DNA of 64,000 nt from Syncephalis fuscata S228 (lineage: Eukaryota > Fungi > Zoopagomycota). The translations under genes were made by a program, and so were the position numbers. Under the pieces are notes generated by a model, which searched no databases, was not told where the DNA came from, and worked only from the letters and a program-made list of their open reading frames with translations. The DNA is taken from positions 868,001 through 932,000 of the forward strand of contig JAHLTZ010000003.1 in the NCBI GenBank assembly GCA_025786725.1, read 5' to 3'. The number at the start of each line of letters is the position of its first letter. Positions within the stretch are counted from its first letter, which is position 1. Shown piece by piece: positions 49,511 through 64,000 of the stretch.

Positions 49511-52027
49511 TTAGGCACATAGGTCGCCATTACTGGTGCTGTAGTGTGTATGTGTTTTACTTGGCACCGAATTTACGTCATTAATGTGTTTTCTCTTATT
49601 TTTTCGGGATGATGATTCAAGACTAACTACTGGTGAAGGGCAACGAAATCCATCTTTAGGCTGTGGGGAAGGCTCGGTATTTAAGCTACGCTCGCTATAC
49701 ACGTACAATCTCGTACGGCATCAGGAGATGCTCGCAGATATGGAATGGGCGTTCCAGGCGTGCTAAGCTGATTGAGTGTATTTTCACTAAAATTGGTGCC
49801 ATTGTCACAGCCATCTGAGTGATTAAACTTTAGTGCTAATGCCGCAAAACAATCATTATCTTTTTTTGGCCTATTATCTGAGAACTGATCAGCCACATTG
49901 GATGGCTTGCTAATACTGCATATAATAAATAGTTGTAATAATATCATTGATTAGACGTGTCAACTAATTATTAAATTCATTTTCAGTTACATTAAACTGC
50001 TTACGCTACCTACCTCGTTTGTTCCGACGATTCAGTCTCGTCGTCAGTATCCCAGTCGTTAGATGGAGCAACTTCGTACTCGTCGCATTCCTCAACCTCA
50101 TCCTGCTTTGAATTTTTGTTTGATGAATTCAAGTTATCAACTTCCCCATGAGATTTTCTATTTTTTTTCCTGTAATCATATTAGTTCAAGTATTTTGTGA
50201 ATAGCACAAATTGCTTACGATGTCATGCGATCTTCCTTTCGGATTCTAATGCGTGCGCCTTGATCAGCAAGAGCTCGGGTCAGCTCGGTGGATTCTACAA
50301 TTGCATTAGCCTAATTAAATATACGTACATCAATCAACTTACTAGACATGCCAGAGAAATCCTTGCCCAGATAAGCAATGAATTGATCGGTAGTGATTTG
50401 GGCAAGTTTTTTACACTTTCCACTACTAGATTACTTAATTAAATTACATTTTTCATTTATATCTAATTCACTTACTCTTCTCTTTCTAAAAGAACAAATT
50501 TAAGACAATATTTGCCTTCAATTCGAATAGAAATATCGCCGAAAATAAAGAATGCTCGATCTAGAATGTGTAAATTAATGTCATACTTAATTATTATATT
50601 TAATAAAACTTTTTTTACTTACATTCTTCGTTTTTGTATTGCATACAAATGCTACTTTGAACACAATTTCCAGCAAGTGGATGCATACCATGTGCATAAG
50701 AAATAATTTTTTTTGTATCCACATCAATAAGATACGCTTGCACAAAAAGATGAGGATTATCAAGAAAAGTTCTAAGAAGCAAATGTGTTAATTACAATCA
50801 AGTTTCGTTGATTTAACACTTACTGATCATCTTTATTTTGCGGTTCGATATCCAAAATGGGTGGAGGATCAATGGGACGGCGATCAGCTAGTACAGACAA
50901 AATTAGCACAGTGATTACATAAATTTAATGCATTACAATGATACATACTTGTGTCTTTCAAAGCGTAAACGCGGGCTTGTTTAGGCTGCTGGCGTATTCT
51001 TAATTTATATCTAATAAAATGTACAACAATAAGCACGCCAATATATATTAAACAAAATTGATAAAACTTACCCATTGGTAGATCCATCCTTAAACAGCCT
51101 TTTTTAGAAATAGCGCGATAGAACTTAAATGGAAACATGTTATAATGTTGTCGGCCATGACGTGATTGAACGCACGATTGTCCTTCAACAAGATGGCTTG
51201 AATGTTTGATTGCACATTGTAGGGAATTCTTGGAACAACTACATGGCACGGTTCTTCTACCGGTCGGCGTTGATTGCTGTGCAACTGTATTTTACGATGG
51301 TAATGCTCATCGTAATGCTGCCTTAGAGGATGACTAGCCACGGTATAAGTATGGTACATACCATGCCTTTGCTCTCGTTTTACGCGTTTATAATTCGAAT
51401 GAGAATCATATCTATCCTTGGCTTCCGAAAAGTATGAGCAACTGAATGTAATTGTCCTTGACTGCTTTCAGCTGAATAATTAAACGAGTTCTTGTTGTAA
51501 TGCGGTGCAAGATGTCCAATTGATTCTGGATAAATTACTGGCTGATACATTTGGTGATATGGTGGCGAGCGCACACCAGAAGGACTTACAGCCGGTTGGT
51601 TAATGACAACTAATGTTTGACCGGTAGGTGCTACATATGGTCGGTGTAGACGAGTATTCTGGGCTTCAGAATAAGAGCGCTGGCTAGATGACTGAGACCA
51701 GTAAGTGGGTGAATAATCACGTGGATTAGTAGGTGGATACTGCGACCGCTCGTGCTGAACAGTTGTAAACTGATGCTGTTCATAGGCTGAATTAAAGTGG
51801 GTAGCAGGATAGGCAGAGTGTGACAATTGGCCATGATGTTGGGAAGTGGGAGCTGCATCATGTGCATAGGAATTGATTGTACTTGGACCAGCATGGTAAT
51901 AGAACACTTGATGATTTCTAGTATAAGAAGTGTCATGACTAGGTGCTTGACTTGCGTCACGCCCATTGTATTCAGATTCCTCGTGGTATGTATTCATACC
52001 AAAATAGTTCTCTCTGCGCTGTGCCAT
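49511..52027 (-). CDS. Velvet-domain transcription regulator; multi-exon
   Basis: 'YKLRIRQQPKQARV', 'RRPIDPPPILDI', 'NPHLFVQAYL', 'IEGKYCLKFVL', 'TDQFIAYLGKDFSGM' and 'STELTRALADQGARIRIRKE'. The N-terminus is His/Gln/Ser-rich. Confidence 0.82.
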
Positions 52028-55000
52028 TATTAAAAATCACAATGACTTGGCTTTTCTGCAAAACATAAAAAATTACAATAATAGATTAATTTAAATATAG
52101 CACAAAGAAATGGCATTAAAGTGCAATCGTTTGTTCGTGTAATAACGTGTTTACATGTCTCTTTTTATGACGTTGACAAAGCTTTAGATAGTAAACACAA
52201 AGCGTAGGTACGCTACATAAAGTGTTATAAAACATATTTAGCAGCTAGCATTACGTAGCACCAATGAAAATGCCTATGTATATGGGAACCAGCCACCAAT
52301 GATGGCAGTGTGTAATAACTGCACATTTGCTAGCAACTTACCAATTCTTTTTTAAAAATACTGACGGATCATGCACAAATGTGCTAGTACCAGGTTTGGC
52401 GCTGTACGGCTAAAACAGCTAAATACTACAACAAGTAAGTATCAACAGATAAGATAGTGTTTGGCGGTGAAATAAATGAATTGTGTAAGGTAATCGACGA
52501 TTTAGATGATTTGAATATGAAGTAAAACACATTCGCCATTCAACGCACTCTATATTTATGCATTTCACCAGTCACTACAATGAATAATAGAATAAATAAC
52601 ATTATCCTCTTGGCGTTTACTTGAACTGAAAGAGCTCCGCTCGTTTGTACTACAATCGAAAAACATATGCTGGCGAACAAAGAGCATAAACTAAAGATGG
52701 TATAGACTAAGCGCCCATGCAACACAACAACGCCAATTATACACAAAGAGTCTGACACGCTAGGTGCAATATTATTGATTTATCCACGCAAGCGCCAAGG
52801 AAATATATAAATAATATAATCTATCTTTAAACAAAGAGTGGCTGCGCTATACGTATAACTATTTGTGGTTAAAGATAGTAACGGACTATCTGATTAATCA
52901 TATATAATAATACAACAACCAAACATTTAAACAATAAGCCCATCAAAAATGTAATTTGTTGTAATAGTAAAAATAAATCACTATATAATGAATAAAACGC
53001 ATTATTTCTCGTCATAGCGATAGCCTTGGCTTGAGCTGCAATTATTGCGTTTGAAAGCTGCTTCTGCAGTCAAACGTACAACTTAAACACATTAATTGTA
53101 ATGCTAAATGATGGGCCTGGCCACAACAATAGTGCTCCTTGTCAAGCCGGTATTAAAGTGCTTTCAAAGTGTTGTTCCAAATATATATGTGTGTGTTTAT
53201 AAAGCAACCTACCGTAAAATGGTCTTATTAAGACTGCCTGAGTAAGTGGTGGTTCATACACGAATAATTGCGTAGAGTTGTGCACTTTTTTAGAATAATA
53301 TTAAAATATAGGAAATTAAAAAGTACAATACTAATTTATATGGAAATAATAGGGGTGGAAGAGCGACAAAGACAGATAGTAGCTGAGGTATATGGGCGTA
53401 TATGTGGATAAGTGGATGTTAAGTGTGTGCAGCGCGGTGCGTGCTGTGTGATAAAGAGATGCAACACAGCTGATCACGCTTGTAGAATACCATAGGCTCC
53501 CCCGTATTAGACGGCCACAATATCAAGAAAATAGCCAGTAGTGTTAAAGAGCCTGCATTTGCCAAATTTTCATCAATTGTGATCAATTGCTTTGTTCACA
53601 TACCAGTTTGCCAAATATATCCACAGCTGTATGATGCTGTTGTATGATACTGCTGCAGGACAAAATAGATTTACCACTGTTTGCATATGGCTTCCCTGAC
53701 ACCAGCTATTCTCTCCGTAGTCGAAATGTGGTGGAAAAACACTGCAACAGCAACACGACAAAGAAACAAGGAATCTGTGTAGGTACGCACGCGGTTGAAA
53801 TGTAAAACATATCAACTGGAATAGCACCCTTGGTTAGCAATAAAGTTTAATGTCAGTGCATAAGTTGGTATAGAACTGCCATAGGCGAATATGTGATACC
53901 ATTAAATGGCCAATGACTATTGCTTCTTTGCAAATAGCCCATTGACTAGCTATTGCCAAGCAGGTCAAACCATAACATTAAATAAAGGCGATGTTTACTT
54001 CGACGTTCTGCTTTGTTCTGATTGTTGTATCACCATCTGTCCTGTGCATATCAAAGGTTGAAACAGGACAAGTTTGAGTGGTAGAAATAAGAGTGTAAAC
54101 CCATGTTACCTGGCAAATGACGATATACAATGGCATTTGTACAGTGCAATTGATCTGCACCTGACAACGACAATGGTTTTGCGTAACAATGCCTGAAATT
54201 GCCCAATTACTGCGTCTAAATCACAACGCGCCTATGTTCAGGGTACATTAAATGCTATTATTATCAACAACGCCGCAAATTGTTTTTGAGGATTTATTTT
54301 GAAAATAAAACAATGAAATAAAGCTATTAATGGAACAAAGAATAGATTTACCAATCGTATTTTTACAACTCATCTAATGCATTAAGATAAAAAGGGACTA
54401 TTTGCAGCCTGCTACTATATCCATCGCTACAAATAAAAATGTCAAAACAAAAATAGAAACAAGTTACATACCTTCATGTGCGACCTGCAGCTCGGCTTGC
54501 TCGTTTGCCATAATGGTTCGGGAAACATCAATTAACGCAATAACAATTCAGGTAGTAAAAAGATTTACGTGTAGGCAACTATTGCGCCGCTTGCAATTTG
54601 TTTCAATTCCCCTTTTTATCGGACAAATATAGCAAATTAGCTGGTTACAGCTACCATTATATACCGCAAAAATCGAATATCCGTAATAATTTTGCATATC
54701 ATTCTCTAGATGGCAATAATACGATCGATGTGAAAATCAGCCATCTGAAAGTGCCATACAAGGTGGAACCACGCACGGCAGCTAGAACCACATCCATTAT
54801 TCCTTTGTGCATGCACTTGGTCAGCGGCTTTCAAAGGAAAATCCATTAATGGAAAACACAGTAGTGTAACGAAGATTCTATTTACCCACTGACACGTTTA
54901 TTCGCACAAAAATGTGCATCAATTTTGGATATCTACTACCATGTAGGTTGGTCAATTAAAAAATGCAAGCAATACAGGATAGTGGAAGCAGGCTGCAGCT

Positions 55001-55412
55001 TAGTACAAATTATACTGCAGGATAAATATGTATACTATTGGTTATCCATTCATTATGCTGTTGAATGCACGAAGCTGCATACGAGGCAGTCATTTCTTTG
55101 TTCTTTCTTGCACCCAATTGGACCTTTTGATGTCCAAATCGGAGTTTAAAATAATTGTCACAAATGTATGACCATTTGTAGTTGTGTGTAACGGACAAAT
55201 AATGGATTACCATGGCTATTGCTACAAACGAACAATTTGCATGGTTTGAGTTCTGCAACAAATGAATATATTGATTGTCGTAGTAATGGCACTGTTGATT
55301 AAAATTGTACACTATTGTCTTATTTCTATTAATATAACTAATAATAAACAATTTATTTAAATGGATTGTTAATATCAAGTTTCGAATCATTATAGTATTC
55401 GTAAAACTGTTA

Positions 55413-57283
55413 CTAAGCCGGAAGGTGGAAAGAGGCTGGCATAGGTGGGCAGTCCTTGGGTGCTTCAAGATGTTCACTGAAACGATTCAAGAAAGACAGC
55501 ACCACGCCGTTGGTCCATCCGAATCCTTCTTGCACTTCATACTCGCCACCAAGACCAGGAATACCCACTCGAGTAGCATCGTATTTTTCAAACAATGTAC
55601 CCTCGTTCTTGCTGTTATTTTTGCCGTCACCTCCCGTGACAAACCAGCCGCAGTAGTTGGAGGAAATCCAGCGCTGTGCAATGTTCAACGCCAATGCAGC
55701 TCCCTCGGGTACACCGGTTTTGTTTAGGCCATAGACAACGAAATGCTCAAGGGGAGGCCAGGCATTTGGAAAGTCCCATTGCTCGCCGGATTTAACGAGT
55801 GATGTTGGTGCACCGCCCGGCAAGTCAACGGCCGGTTTAACTGAAGCAACCAAACGTGATGCCTCCTGTTTAGTAAAATGGCTTGGATCAGCGGCGCCAG
55901 ACCAAAGTGGTACAATATTTGATGGATAGAATTTGGTGTTTTGCTGGTGACTAGTTAAGTTAAAATCATACCATTGCGCATCCTTTTCCGACCAAAAATA
56001 ATCTTGAATGGCTTGCTGTCTGACCTTGGCCGCATTTTCATACCGTGCTTTAGTACGTTTACAGCCAACACGTGCTGCAAAATCGGCAATGGCTTGTTCA
56101 TTCATGTAAAGCAAACTGTTTAGTTCAACGGGCACCACTTGGTTAGTTGCGATACTTGGCAACGAATGACCATCGGCAAACCAGCGTGTTGAATAGTCCC
56201 AGCCACTTTCAGCACCACTGGCCATGTTAGCAAAGTAGCTGGCCCGGCTTGATTCTGGTAATTTTGCACCCATTTCTTTGTCTTCGCGCCATGATTCGGG
56301 TCGTGGCTGATCATTGGTGACCGAGTAAACAGCCAAACGAGCATTTGGTTTGCCTGGTGCTGATACGGTCACTGTACGATTATGCATCCAAAAGTTATGT
56401 TCTTTTTTAAGAGCGGGAAGTGCTTTGCGCAAAAATTCCGTATCATTTGTGGCATCAAAGTAGAGTCGTACCATTTGAGTAAGTAGCGGTGGCTGCGATC
56501 GATTAAGGAAATAAATACCTATTGATTATTTCATATATTAATATCATGCTATCAGTGTTTGAATTGTATTACTTACGAGCACCGTTGGGTACAAATCCGT
56601 ATTCGTTAACATAATCCATGGCATTTTCAATCATGCCTTTGACTGTCTGGTTCATTCCACTGATCAGCAGGCCTTCCATAGTAAAGTAAGAGTCCCAGTA
56701 ATAAAATTCTCGGAATCTTCCACCTGGCACAACAAACGGATGTCGTGCTGGTAGGGCGGAAGAGGCGCAGCCTTTACAGATTGCCTCTTCATGAAAGACA
56801 CGACCAAGCTTTTTCCATTTCTTATGAATGGCATGTGCAAAGTGGCGGAGATTTTCGTCTTTAATTTTGGTAAGGAAAGCGGGATTTTCTTGATAGTCGG
56901 TCAGATTGGCGGGTGCAATTTCAGCGCCAGGCGGTAAGAAATTGGCATCTACGAATGCCTTTACTTGCTCTTTTGTTGGCTTTTCAGGCAATGCATCAAA
57001 GGCCGACAATACTTGAGCCAACGGTTTAGAAGTGGGCTGATCAACAAAATACTAGATATCCATTAAAATAAGTAACTATGGCCAATTAGCTAAACTGTAT
57101 AATACTAACCTTAGAATCCTTTTCTAGATGTGCCGACTGCACAACATCTAAAATCTTGCCTGGACAGTACAGTGGCACATCACATCCATTGTGATGTTCG
57201 GCACTGCTACCAACATGCCATGTACTGCTCAGTACAAGTGTGGCGGCCAATAAACCAGCGTTAATTCTGGATAGTAAAGGCAT
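55413..57283 (-). CDS. Secreted alpha,alpha-trehalase (GH37), 3 exons
   Basis: Signal peptide MPLLSRINAGLLAATLVLSSTWHVG, DSKYFVD, VPGGRFREFYYWDSY, PNGAR.YFLNRSQPP, PRPESWRED, GAESGWDYSTRW, QWDFPNAWPP, EKYDA and GGEYEVQEGFGWTNG. Confidence 0.96.
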
Positions 57284-58257
57284 AATTTGGATAGTATGTC
57301 GGTACAACTTAAAGTAAACTGTTTAAATGTTAATGATAAAATAAATAAGAATTAATTGAATTGAAGCTTCAGAACAAGACTAACTGAATAGCTTGCTGGC
57401 TGGGCAATCAACTAGTAAGGCGGCTGGTCGAGCGTTTAACAGTTCTGTTGGTACTTAATATAGATAAGCACGTGGATACGGCACTAGCACAGCCGTAGCA
57501 GTTATTTATATAGAAAAACGTATATGGTATAAAACGTAAAACTGTCCAAGCCAGCGTCGCTAGCAACAAAAACAAATGAAAAAGAAATAAATTGGTGGAA
57601 ACTTGAGTATTCCAAAGTGCGCTGTCCTCGGCGCTTGCCTTTAAAAACATTAAATCGAGCAAGAAATGATGGACACGCGGTTACACGTGCAGCCATCCCA
57701 TTACTCTTCAAAAAATGTGCCCCTAGTTGCCATTTCCGTAGTAAATGTGGAGAGAAAGCCGAGAAAATGGCCTTCATTTCTATGCACTAGCAAACCGGCT
57801 GAGTAACATGAATACTAATTAGGCGTGGAAAGAATTTGTTTTTTTTGGTTATAGTCGTCGTCTGACCAACTACTCAATAGAGCACAAATAACGTGAATAT
57901 TTATTAGGATTGTCACGAGCATGGTGAGCAAAAGCGGCTAATTTAGCTGAATACAAGCCTTGGTTGCCAAAATCAATAGCAGAAATTAGATAGTATAAAC
58001 ACAAATTCAATGCAATTACTATGCAGGAAAATGAAGGAGCGAACATGAAACGGCGCTATGCTTATTGCATTTGTTTATGCACCACCGCGAAAATACCCAA
58101 AGTGTATCGACAAAATGTACTTTTAGATTAGGTACAGGATTGAACTCGATCCACATCAATCTTTTCTTCTCACAGCCAACTTTCTATAAACACTATTACT
58201 CTTTTTCCTTATACTCGTGCTTTCCAACGTCAATTCCGTCTTTATTTGTAACTGACT

Positions 58258-59328
58258 ATGGGAAACGACGGGGGATCTATTCCAAAGCGAAGCGAACTGG
58301 TTAAGGAGAAGAAGAAAGACCCCGTTGCCGATGCTCGTATACAAACCATTGCGCGCTGGTTCTACTGTGCACTTTCCAAGGTAAGCCTTTTTGTGAAAAT
58401 ATATGGAGATGGCTGCTAAGTCTTGTACAGACACCGCTACAGACGCCTGTCGTGGCCGATCTACTAGGAAAACTGTACAATCGAGAAGCCATTTTGGAAT
58501 TACTGCTAGATCGCAGTCGCTATGGAGATGCTGATGTCATCTGCCCTCATGTCAAATCGCTAAAAGATGTAGTCACTTTAAAGCTGACTCCAGTTCCTAC
58601 AGCGATCGAAAAGCCTAGCGAACGTTCAAATAACACGGGGCATAAGAATGGTAACGATCAGACAAGCCACAATGGCAACACAAATGGAGCAACAGTTATG
58701 GGTTCAGATGAAACCATGCCACAGGCACTATTTGCCTGCCCCATCACCAAACGAGAAATGAACGGGCGGCATCGATTTGTATTCTCGCGTCAATGCGGCT
58801 GCGTCGTCAGCGACCAAGCAGTTCGCGAGATTGGCGAATCCACTTGTCTCGTGGTAAGCTAGTTTGTAGTTTTTATTTATTTAATTAATTGCAACTGTTA
58901 CATCATCTAGTGCAACAAACCAACTACCATGAAAGATTACATTCCAATTAATCCAGACCCAGAGCAACTAGCCAAACTAAAGGCGGCATTGGAGAGTAGA
59001 AAGAAAGAAAAGGTAAGCGAGCTACCAATGATATAGGCCTTAATGATATTTAATATTAATATGTAACCAATGCTAGAAAACAAAGCGAAAGAAGGGCCGT
59101 GATGCCAACTCAGATATACCTGAAAAACGATCTCGTACAGATGCATCGTCTACAATACGCATGTCAAGCAAAATAACGAACATCATTGAACAGCATCGTT
59201 CCACTACAGCACATCAACGAGATATGTCCAAAGCGGTTAAGGAATTGTTTACGAGTTCTAAAAAGGACGCATCCTCCAACAGTAACAACGATCGCTTTTT
59301 CCATGGCACTTTTACTCGATACGCTTAG
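58258..59328 (+). CDS. RTF2: Replication termination factor 2 (Rtf2 RING-finger protein); multi-exon
   Basis: MGNDGGSIPKRSELVK, WFYCALSK, LGKLYNREAILELLL, HVKSLKDVVTL, FACPITKREMNG..RF...CGCV. Confidence 0.93.
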
Positions 59329-60421
59329 AATTGATTATTACTTGTACTTGTGATTAAACTGTGATATTATACTGATTATGTGTTAATACAATATGAGTAT
59401 TTATATATATACTAAATATTTAATGTGATTTGGTGCTAAATGACAACTCAATAATATTTGTACAATTGAACTAGGTAGTCGTTTTATTGAACATGGAACT
59501 GGGTAGTGAGCGATATCGAAATTTAAAATACTTATAGATTTATTATGAGTATGCATATATCCAGTATGCATATATCCATCTTTTACCTATATCATCCCCG
59601 TTCTATTCCACATAAATATATATTATTCTATGAAATACTAGACACATTTTATTGTTTATATGCGGCAATATACTTTGCTCATTCCACTCACTCCACTATA
59701 CACACTGTAGCTTTGACATGGTTTCATATGCTTTGTTACCGTACACTTATCATTCTATATATCATTTATACTCATCTAGTCCTCCTCTATCCAAATCTGA
59801 TTTTATTTTTGTTCTAGCTTTATTATTAATAAATATCGACTAATTCCGCTCATTGATCATGCATATATGCTATTAACTTTAATATTGCTAATCTCGTTTA
59901 ATATTGCATATTCATTATAATGTTTATCATATTATTATATATTGGCCATACGCTGTCTATAGCTGTTGTCGGTATAATTCCAACTCTTTTATTAATGAAA
60001 ATTGACATATCGCACTTAGTTTGTTCACTGAGTTATATTGATAGAACAAATAATATGGATATGAACGGTTATGTTTTATTAAGATTATTTATAAATAAAC
60101 TAGATCATGCCAATTAGTCATGATTTTAATGTCAATCGAGCAAAGTGACGGGTATACATAGTAATAACACTTATTGTATTGATATATGCATACTAGATAA
60201 TGAATCTACAATAATGAGTATTTGATGATTGATGTCACTCACTAACTACTATCATGTTCAATAGACTTAATATTATTAAATGTTAGTCATTTGATTGCCA
60301 CTATTACAAACGCCATGCTATTATTATAATCATGTATTAATAAGTACAACATAGTTATTTATATACTAATAAACACATTATGACTAACACTATTATTTTA
60401 TATATTTAATTTAATCATATT

Positions 60422-62031
60422 TTAAAAAACGCTTTTTAAAAGATCTTGACTTGTCAACGTGGGAAATTCTTCTTTTTCTTGTTCGGTTTCGTTATCTTCT
60501 TCCTCTTCTTCTTCATTAGAAAATTCAATGCTAATAATACCATTCCATAATATGTATCCTATCATTAATCCTATACCACCAATAATTGATAACCAACGCT
60601 TTTGAACAAAGCTACGCTCTTCTTGTGGCGACACATCAGATTGATTTGCTTGTTTACGGCTATGGTGTTCATCTGCGCCTGGCTTTGCTTGACGCCAGGA
60701 TGACCAATAGTTCTGTACTGCCATCCATCCATCACCACCCAATAGAACACGTGCTGGTAATGCCAATATACCGGAGAATGTGGCCGGCAATGGCGGGAAT
60801 GCTTCCAATGGCTGAGGAACTGCTGTGCTCATATAGGCGCGTATTTTATCGCAGTAGGCCACGAGCAATGGAAAGTCGCTAATTAGCATTTGACGCAATG
60901 TTGACTGTCGAAATTCATCTGCATACAAATGAAGTGCCAAATGTCCATAGACAACGGCATCTAATGATGAAGGACTAATACAAATAAGCTTAATGTTTAA
61001 TCTATTCAATAGCTGTACAGTAATATATTCTTACTTGCTACCAAAAAAATAGGGCTGTAGACCAAGTTTTGCTGATAGGCTGTATAGCAATTGCGTGCAG
61101 ACGGTATAATCTAGCATAACCATAAATGAGCTGATTAGTATATATAAATATATAAATATGTGTGTATTATTTGTATTTACTTGGTCTAATAGCTTCTTCT
61201 TTTTAGAAATGTTTTTAATACCTGCAGCTTGTTCTTCCATTTCTAGTTCATTATCATCTGACTTTGCCTTGTCTGTTCTTACTCCATACTCTGGTGTTGC
61301 CAATCGTTCCTTGGCCGCATTTCTCATGCGAATAGGAACGATATACCGTGTATGTAATGGCGATAGATTTGAATACACAGGCCGTACAACACTTACAAAG
61401 TTTTCTTCTACTTGGAACCATTCATACAGCTTTTACCGTTATCAGTAAAAATAATTATCATTATTGTTAATTTACTTACCTGTGCATTGTAAAGTGTATG
61501 ATCCACCATGGCTCGATAACTAATAAAAGTATTTGGATTAGAATTGGCATTACTAAGTGATATTATCCTACGCACGCAATTGCATCCGCTTGTTGTTTCT
61601 TAGTTAGCTCTGCATCCAGATCGTAGTCCTATTAAATCTGTTTGTTATTATTTCGATGATGCTTGTTTGCACCTCTTACCGTATCTTGTAAATACTGAAT
61701 AATATTTTCAGAACCTGATACAACTTTATGGTCGCCTATCTTTAAGACAGGCAGCTCACCTAATAACTGGTGTGAGCCACGAATAGCTAAATATCGTCGC
61801 TACTTACCATTGGGCGATATTGTTGGGTCGTTGGCATTATAGACCGACCAGTCAGCTTTTATGAATAATAAAAATGCCTATATTATAAAGCGAATTAGAA
61901 TTAAATTCCACGCGAATAATAGACAGCTCTATAAATACCTGAATGCCCAAACAGAAAGGATCTATGCTTGGTAGATTCCAACGACCTGCCCACGAATAAA
62001 GTGTTAGTGGTGCTTTTGGCGTTCTCGTCAT
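60422..62031 (-). CDS. Metaxin / Sam37 (Tom37) mitochondrial outer-membrane protein; multi-exon
   Basis: 'LYSWAGRWNLPSIDPFCLGIQ', 'NDPTISPNGELPVLK', 'LYEWFQVEENF', 'YFFG..PSSLDAVVYGHL' and a C-terminal TM helix. Confidence 0.85.
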
Positions 62032-63567
62032 GATAGCAACAACTAATGAGAAAAAAATGGTTGATATTTATTTTAACTCTCCAAAGCAGCAAATCATTTT
62101 ACGCAATCGATCGTAATGAGTTGATTAGATTAAATTGTGTTTAGATTATCATTTACAATTAATATTAATAAATGTAACATTGTCATTTCCATAAAATAGA
62201 ATTGATTAAATGTAACAGAACATTGTATTAGTAATAATATTAAACATTTATTTTATTCAGGTAATGCGTTGGTATGCCCATTTATACTAATCTTTTTTAT
62301 TAACTCTTTTTCTTTCTCTTTTGGTGGGTCACTATTCAATTATATATACAAGGCGTAGTTTAGAATAGATATGTTTACAAGTATTCTACTTAACATTCAA
62401 TGAAAGCTATTGTTACCCATTCTTTTTATTGCGCTTATTGTTTTATCGAAAATATGTTCTATATAATGAGTAACTTTAGTGTCAAGCGACTTTTATTTTT
62501 AATGCATTTATTGTTTCACTTATAATTTGTTCTACAATATGCCAACATGTTGAATATATTGATTTTTATTCTTTCAATGCACTTTGCCATTAATAAATTA
62601 ACTCGAGCCTTTATAAATATTGGCTAACAGGCTCCACATCTCACAATCTACATCATCACATTTCCCTTTCTCTTTCTTCACACTTGATAGCATATATCCA
62701 TTGCATATATTCGTACACTCCATACATGCTAACTAGATAGTGTTAGTAGTTGACTGACTACTAGTCAAGTACAAGCACCTTTTATACTACGCCCTTACAT
62801 TGCTCTTTAATATAACTTTTTTGCAAATCACTTTCATTACTTCGATCATTGCCGCTGTCACCTTCTTTGACAGGGCAAGTGCATTTTTTGCTTGTTTTTG
62901 CTTATTTATCACCCTTATAACTGTTATATCGTATAGATTTGAAAATAAGATATTAATATTTATAATGGCTAATAAATTATTTATTAAAAATGCATAATAA
63001 CATGAAATAAAACATAATAAAACTAAACATATCGATACTGTGCCAACATTAATGGTACTGGTAATAACATCGGACTCATGTTCTAGTTAAATAATTGCTA
63101 TTTTTTATTGTCAATATTCTATACTATTTACAATGATATAAACCAATATCAGTCCAGAATAATAATAATAATAATACGAAGTAAATGTAAGCCAAGTGGT
63201 ATGGTTATGACTTTGAAACGATATACCAACTAAAACGATATGGTAGTGGTAATCAGGTGGAGATATAAATATATCCATCTTAAAAAATTACAGCGTGCTG
63301 TTGCAAAAGGAACCGCGATCGTCATATGTATATATTTGTTAAAATATTGGAAAGCAGAAAAGTATAATCACAAATAGAAACTCAAAGGAGCTGTCTAAAG
63401 GCAGCTCTTGAACAATGGCTACAAATACTTCTAATAAAATAAAATACGCAAAGAAAGAGAAAGCGAGAAAGAAATAAACTGGAATTGAAAACATAAATTG
63501 GTAATAAAGGAAAATTCGAGCATTCTTCATATTCTCGAGTTGCGCGTACGCGTATTAATCAGTGAAT

Positions 63568-64000
63568 TTACACTATCTCTGATATACGTGTTCGCTTAGC
63601 TTGATTTAAATTATAGACAAATGGGTGATTGGAAGTGGCGGCTGTATGATCGGGCATGGTCATTTGATGATGGACATTCGATGGATTTGTCGCTGTGGCA
63701 AATTCAATAAATGTACGTTTCATACCGGTGTTTAAGGCATTCACCGCACTGTGATCTGGAATAGGCGCCGCCATATTTGGTTCATTCCAGTTGACCATCT
63801 TCTGGGCAACATCAAGCATTACTGCCGATAGCGGCGTACCGTAGAGAGCGGCCGTCGTGGCAATCATACTACTATGACTGCTGCTGTTGTTGTTACTTAA
63901 TTCATGAGAACTTTGGTTGTGACTTCCTGGTATTGTTGACGGAAATAGCGCAATGGCATCAACGTTATTAGGTTTATTCGTCACATTATTCTCAAATTCT
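63568..64000 (-). CDS. Partial low-complexity (Asn/Ser/His-rich) protein entering from beyond the window edge
   Basis: Open frame of at least 138 codons with coding-like composition; no recognisable domain. Confidence 0.45.
   Translation of the reverse strand, partial: EFENNVTNKPNNVDAIALFPSTIPGSHNQSSHELSNNNSSSHSSMIATTAALYGTPLSAVMLDVAQKMVNWNEPNMAAPIPDHSAVNALNTGMKRTFIEFATATNPSNVHHQMTMPDHTAATSNHPFVYNLNQAKRTRISEIV

Noticed and set aside
59400-60400. Hydrophobic short ORFs at 59545-60117
   Set aside because: AT-rich intergenic artefacts between convergent genes, with no domain or codon signal.

Overview
AT-rich, compact eukaryotic DNA with many short (about 45-100 nt) GT-AG introns. The gene content (velvet, Ecl1, 7TM-RGS, AP-4 epsilon, secreted subtilisin, GDSL lipases and trehalase) points to an early-diverging fungus, possibly a zoopagomycete parasite; this is inference. 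About 22 protein-coding loci can be reconstructed. Highlight 1: a 10-exon eukaryotic-type selenocysteine synthase gene (SepSecS, 11700-13771, minus) with all catalytic motifs conserved. Sec machinery is absent from nearly all fungi. The ORF track fragments the gene, and exon 1 has small deletions. Highlight 2: SepSecS lies in a recently rearranged block (11.6-27.3 kb) built from three near-identical duplications. These are a 1.5-kb inverted repeat made of the SepSecS 3' part, a 1.1-kb inverted repeat made of the 3' half of a 7TM-RGS gene, and a 0.32-kb direct repeat from a permuted Mutator-like relic that brackets a secreted subtilisin. Each inverted pair defines a segment that could flip without destroying its gene. 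Other points: five GDSL/SGNH hydrolases, one lacking its catalytic Ser, and single-base deletions in many genes that suggest assembly consensus errors. No tRNA, rRNA, CRISPR array or selenoprotein could be supported.
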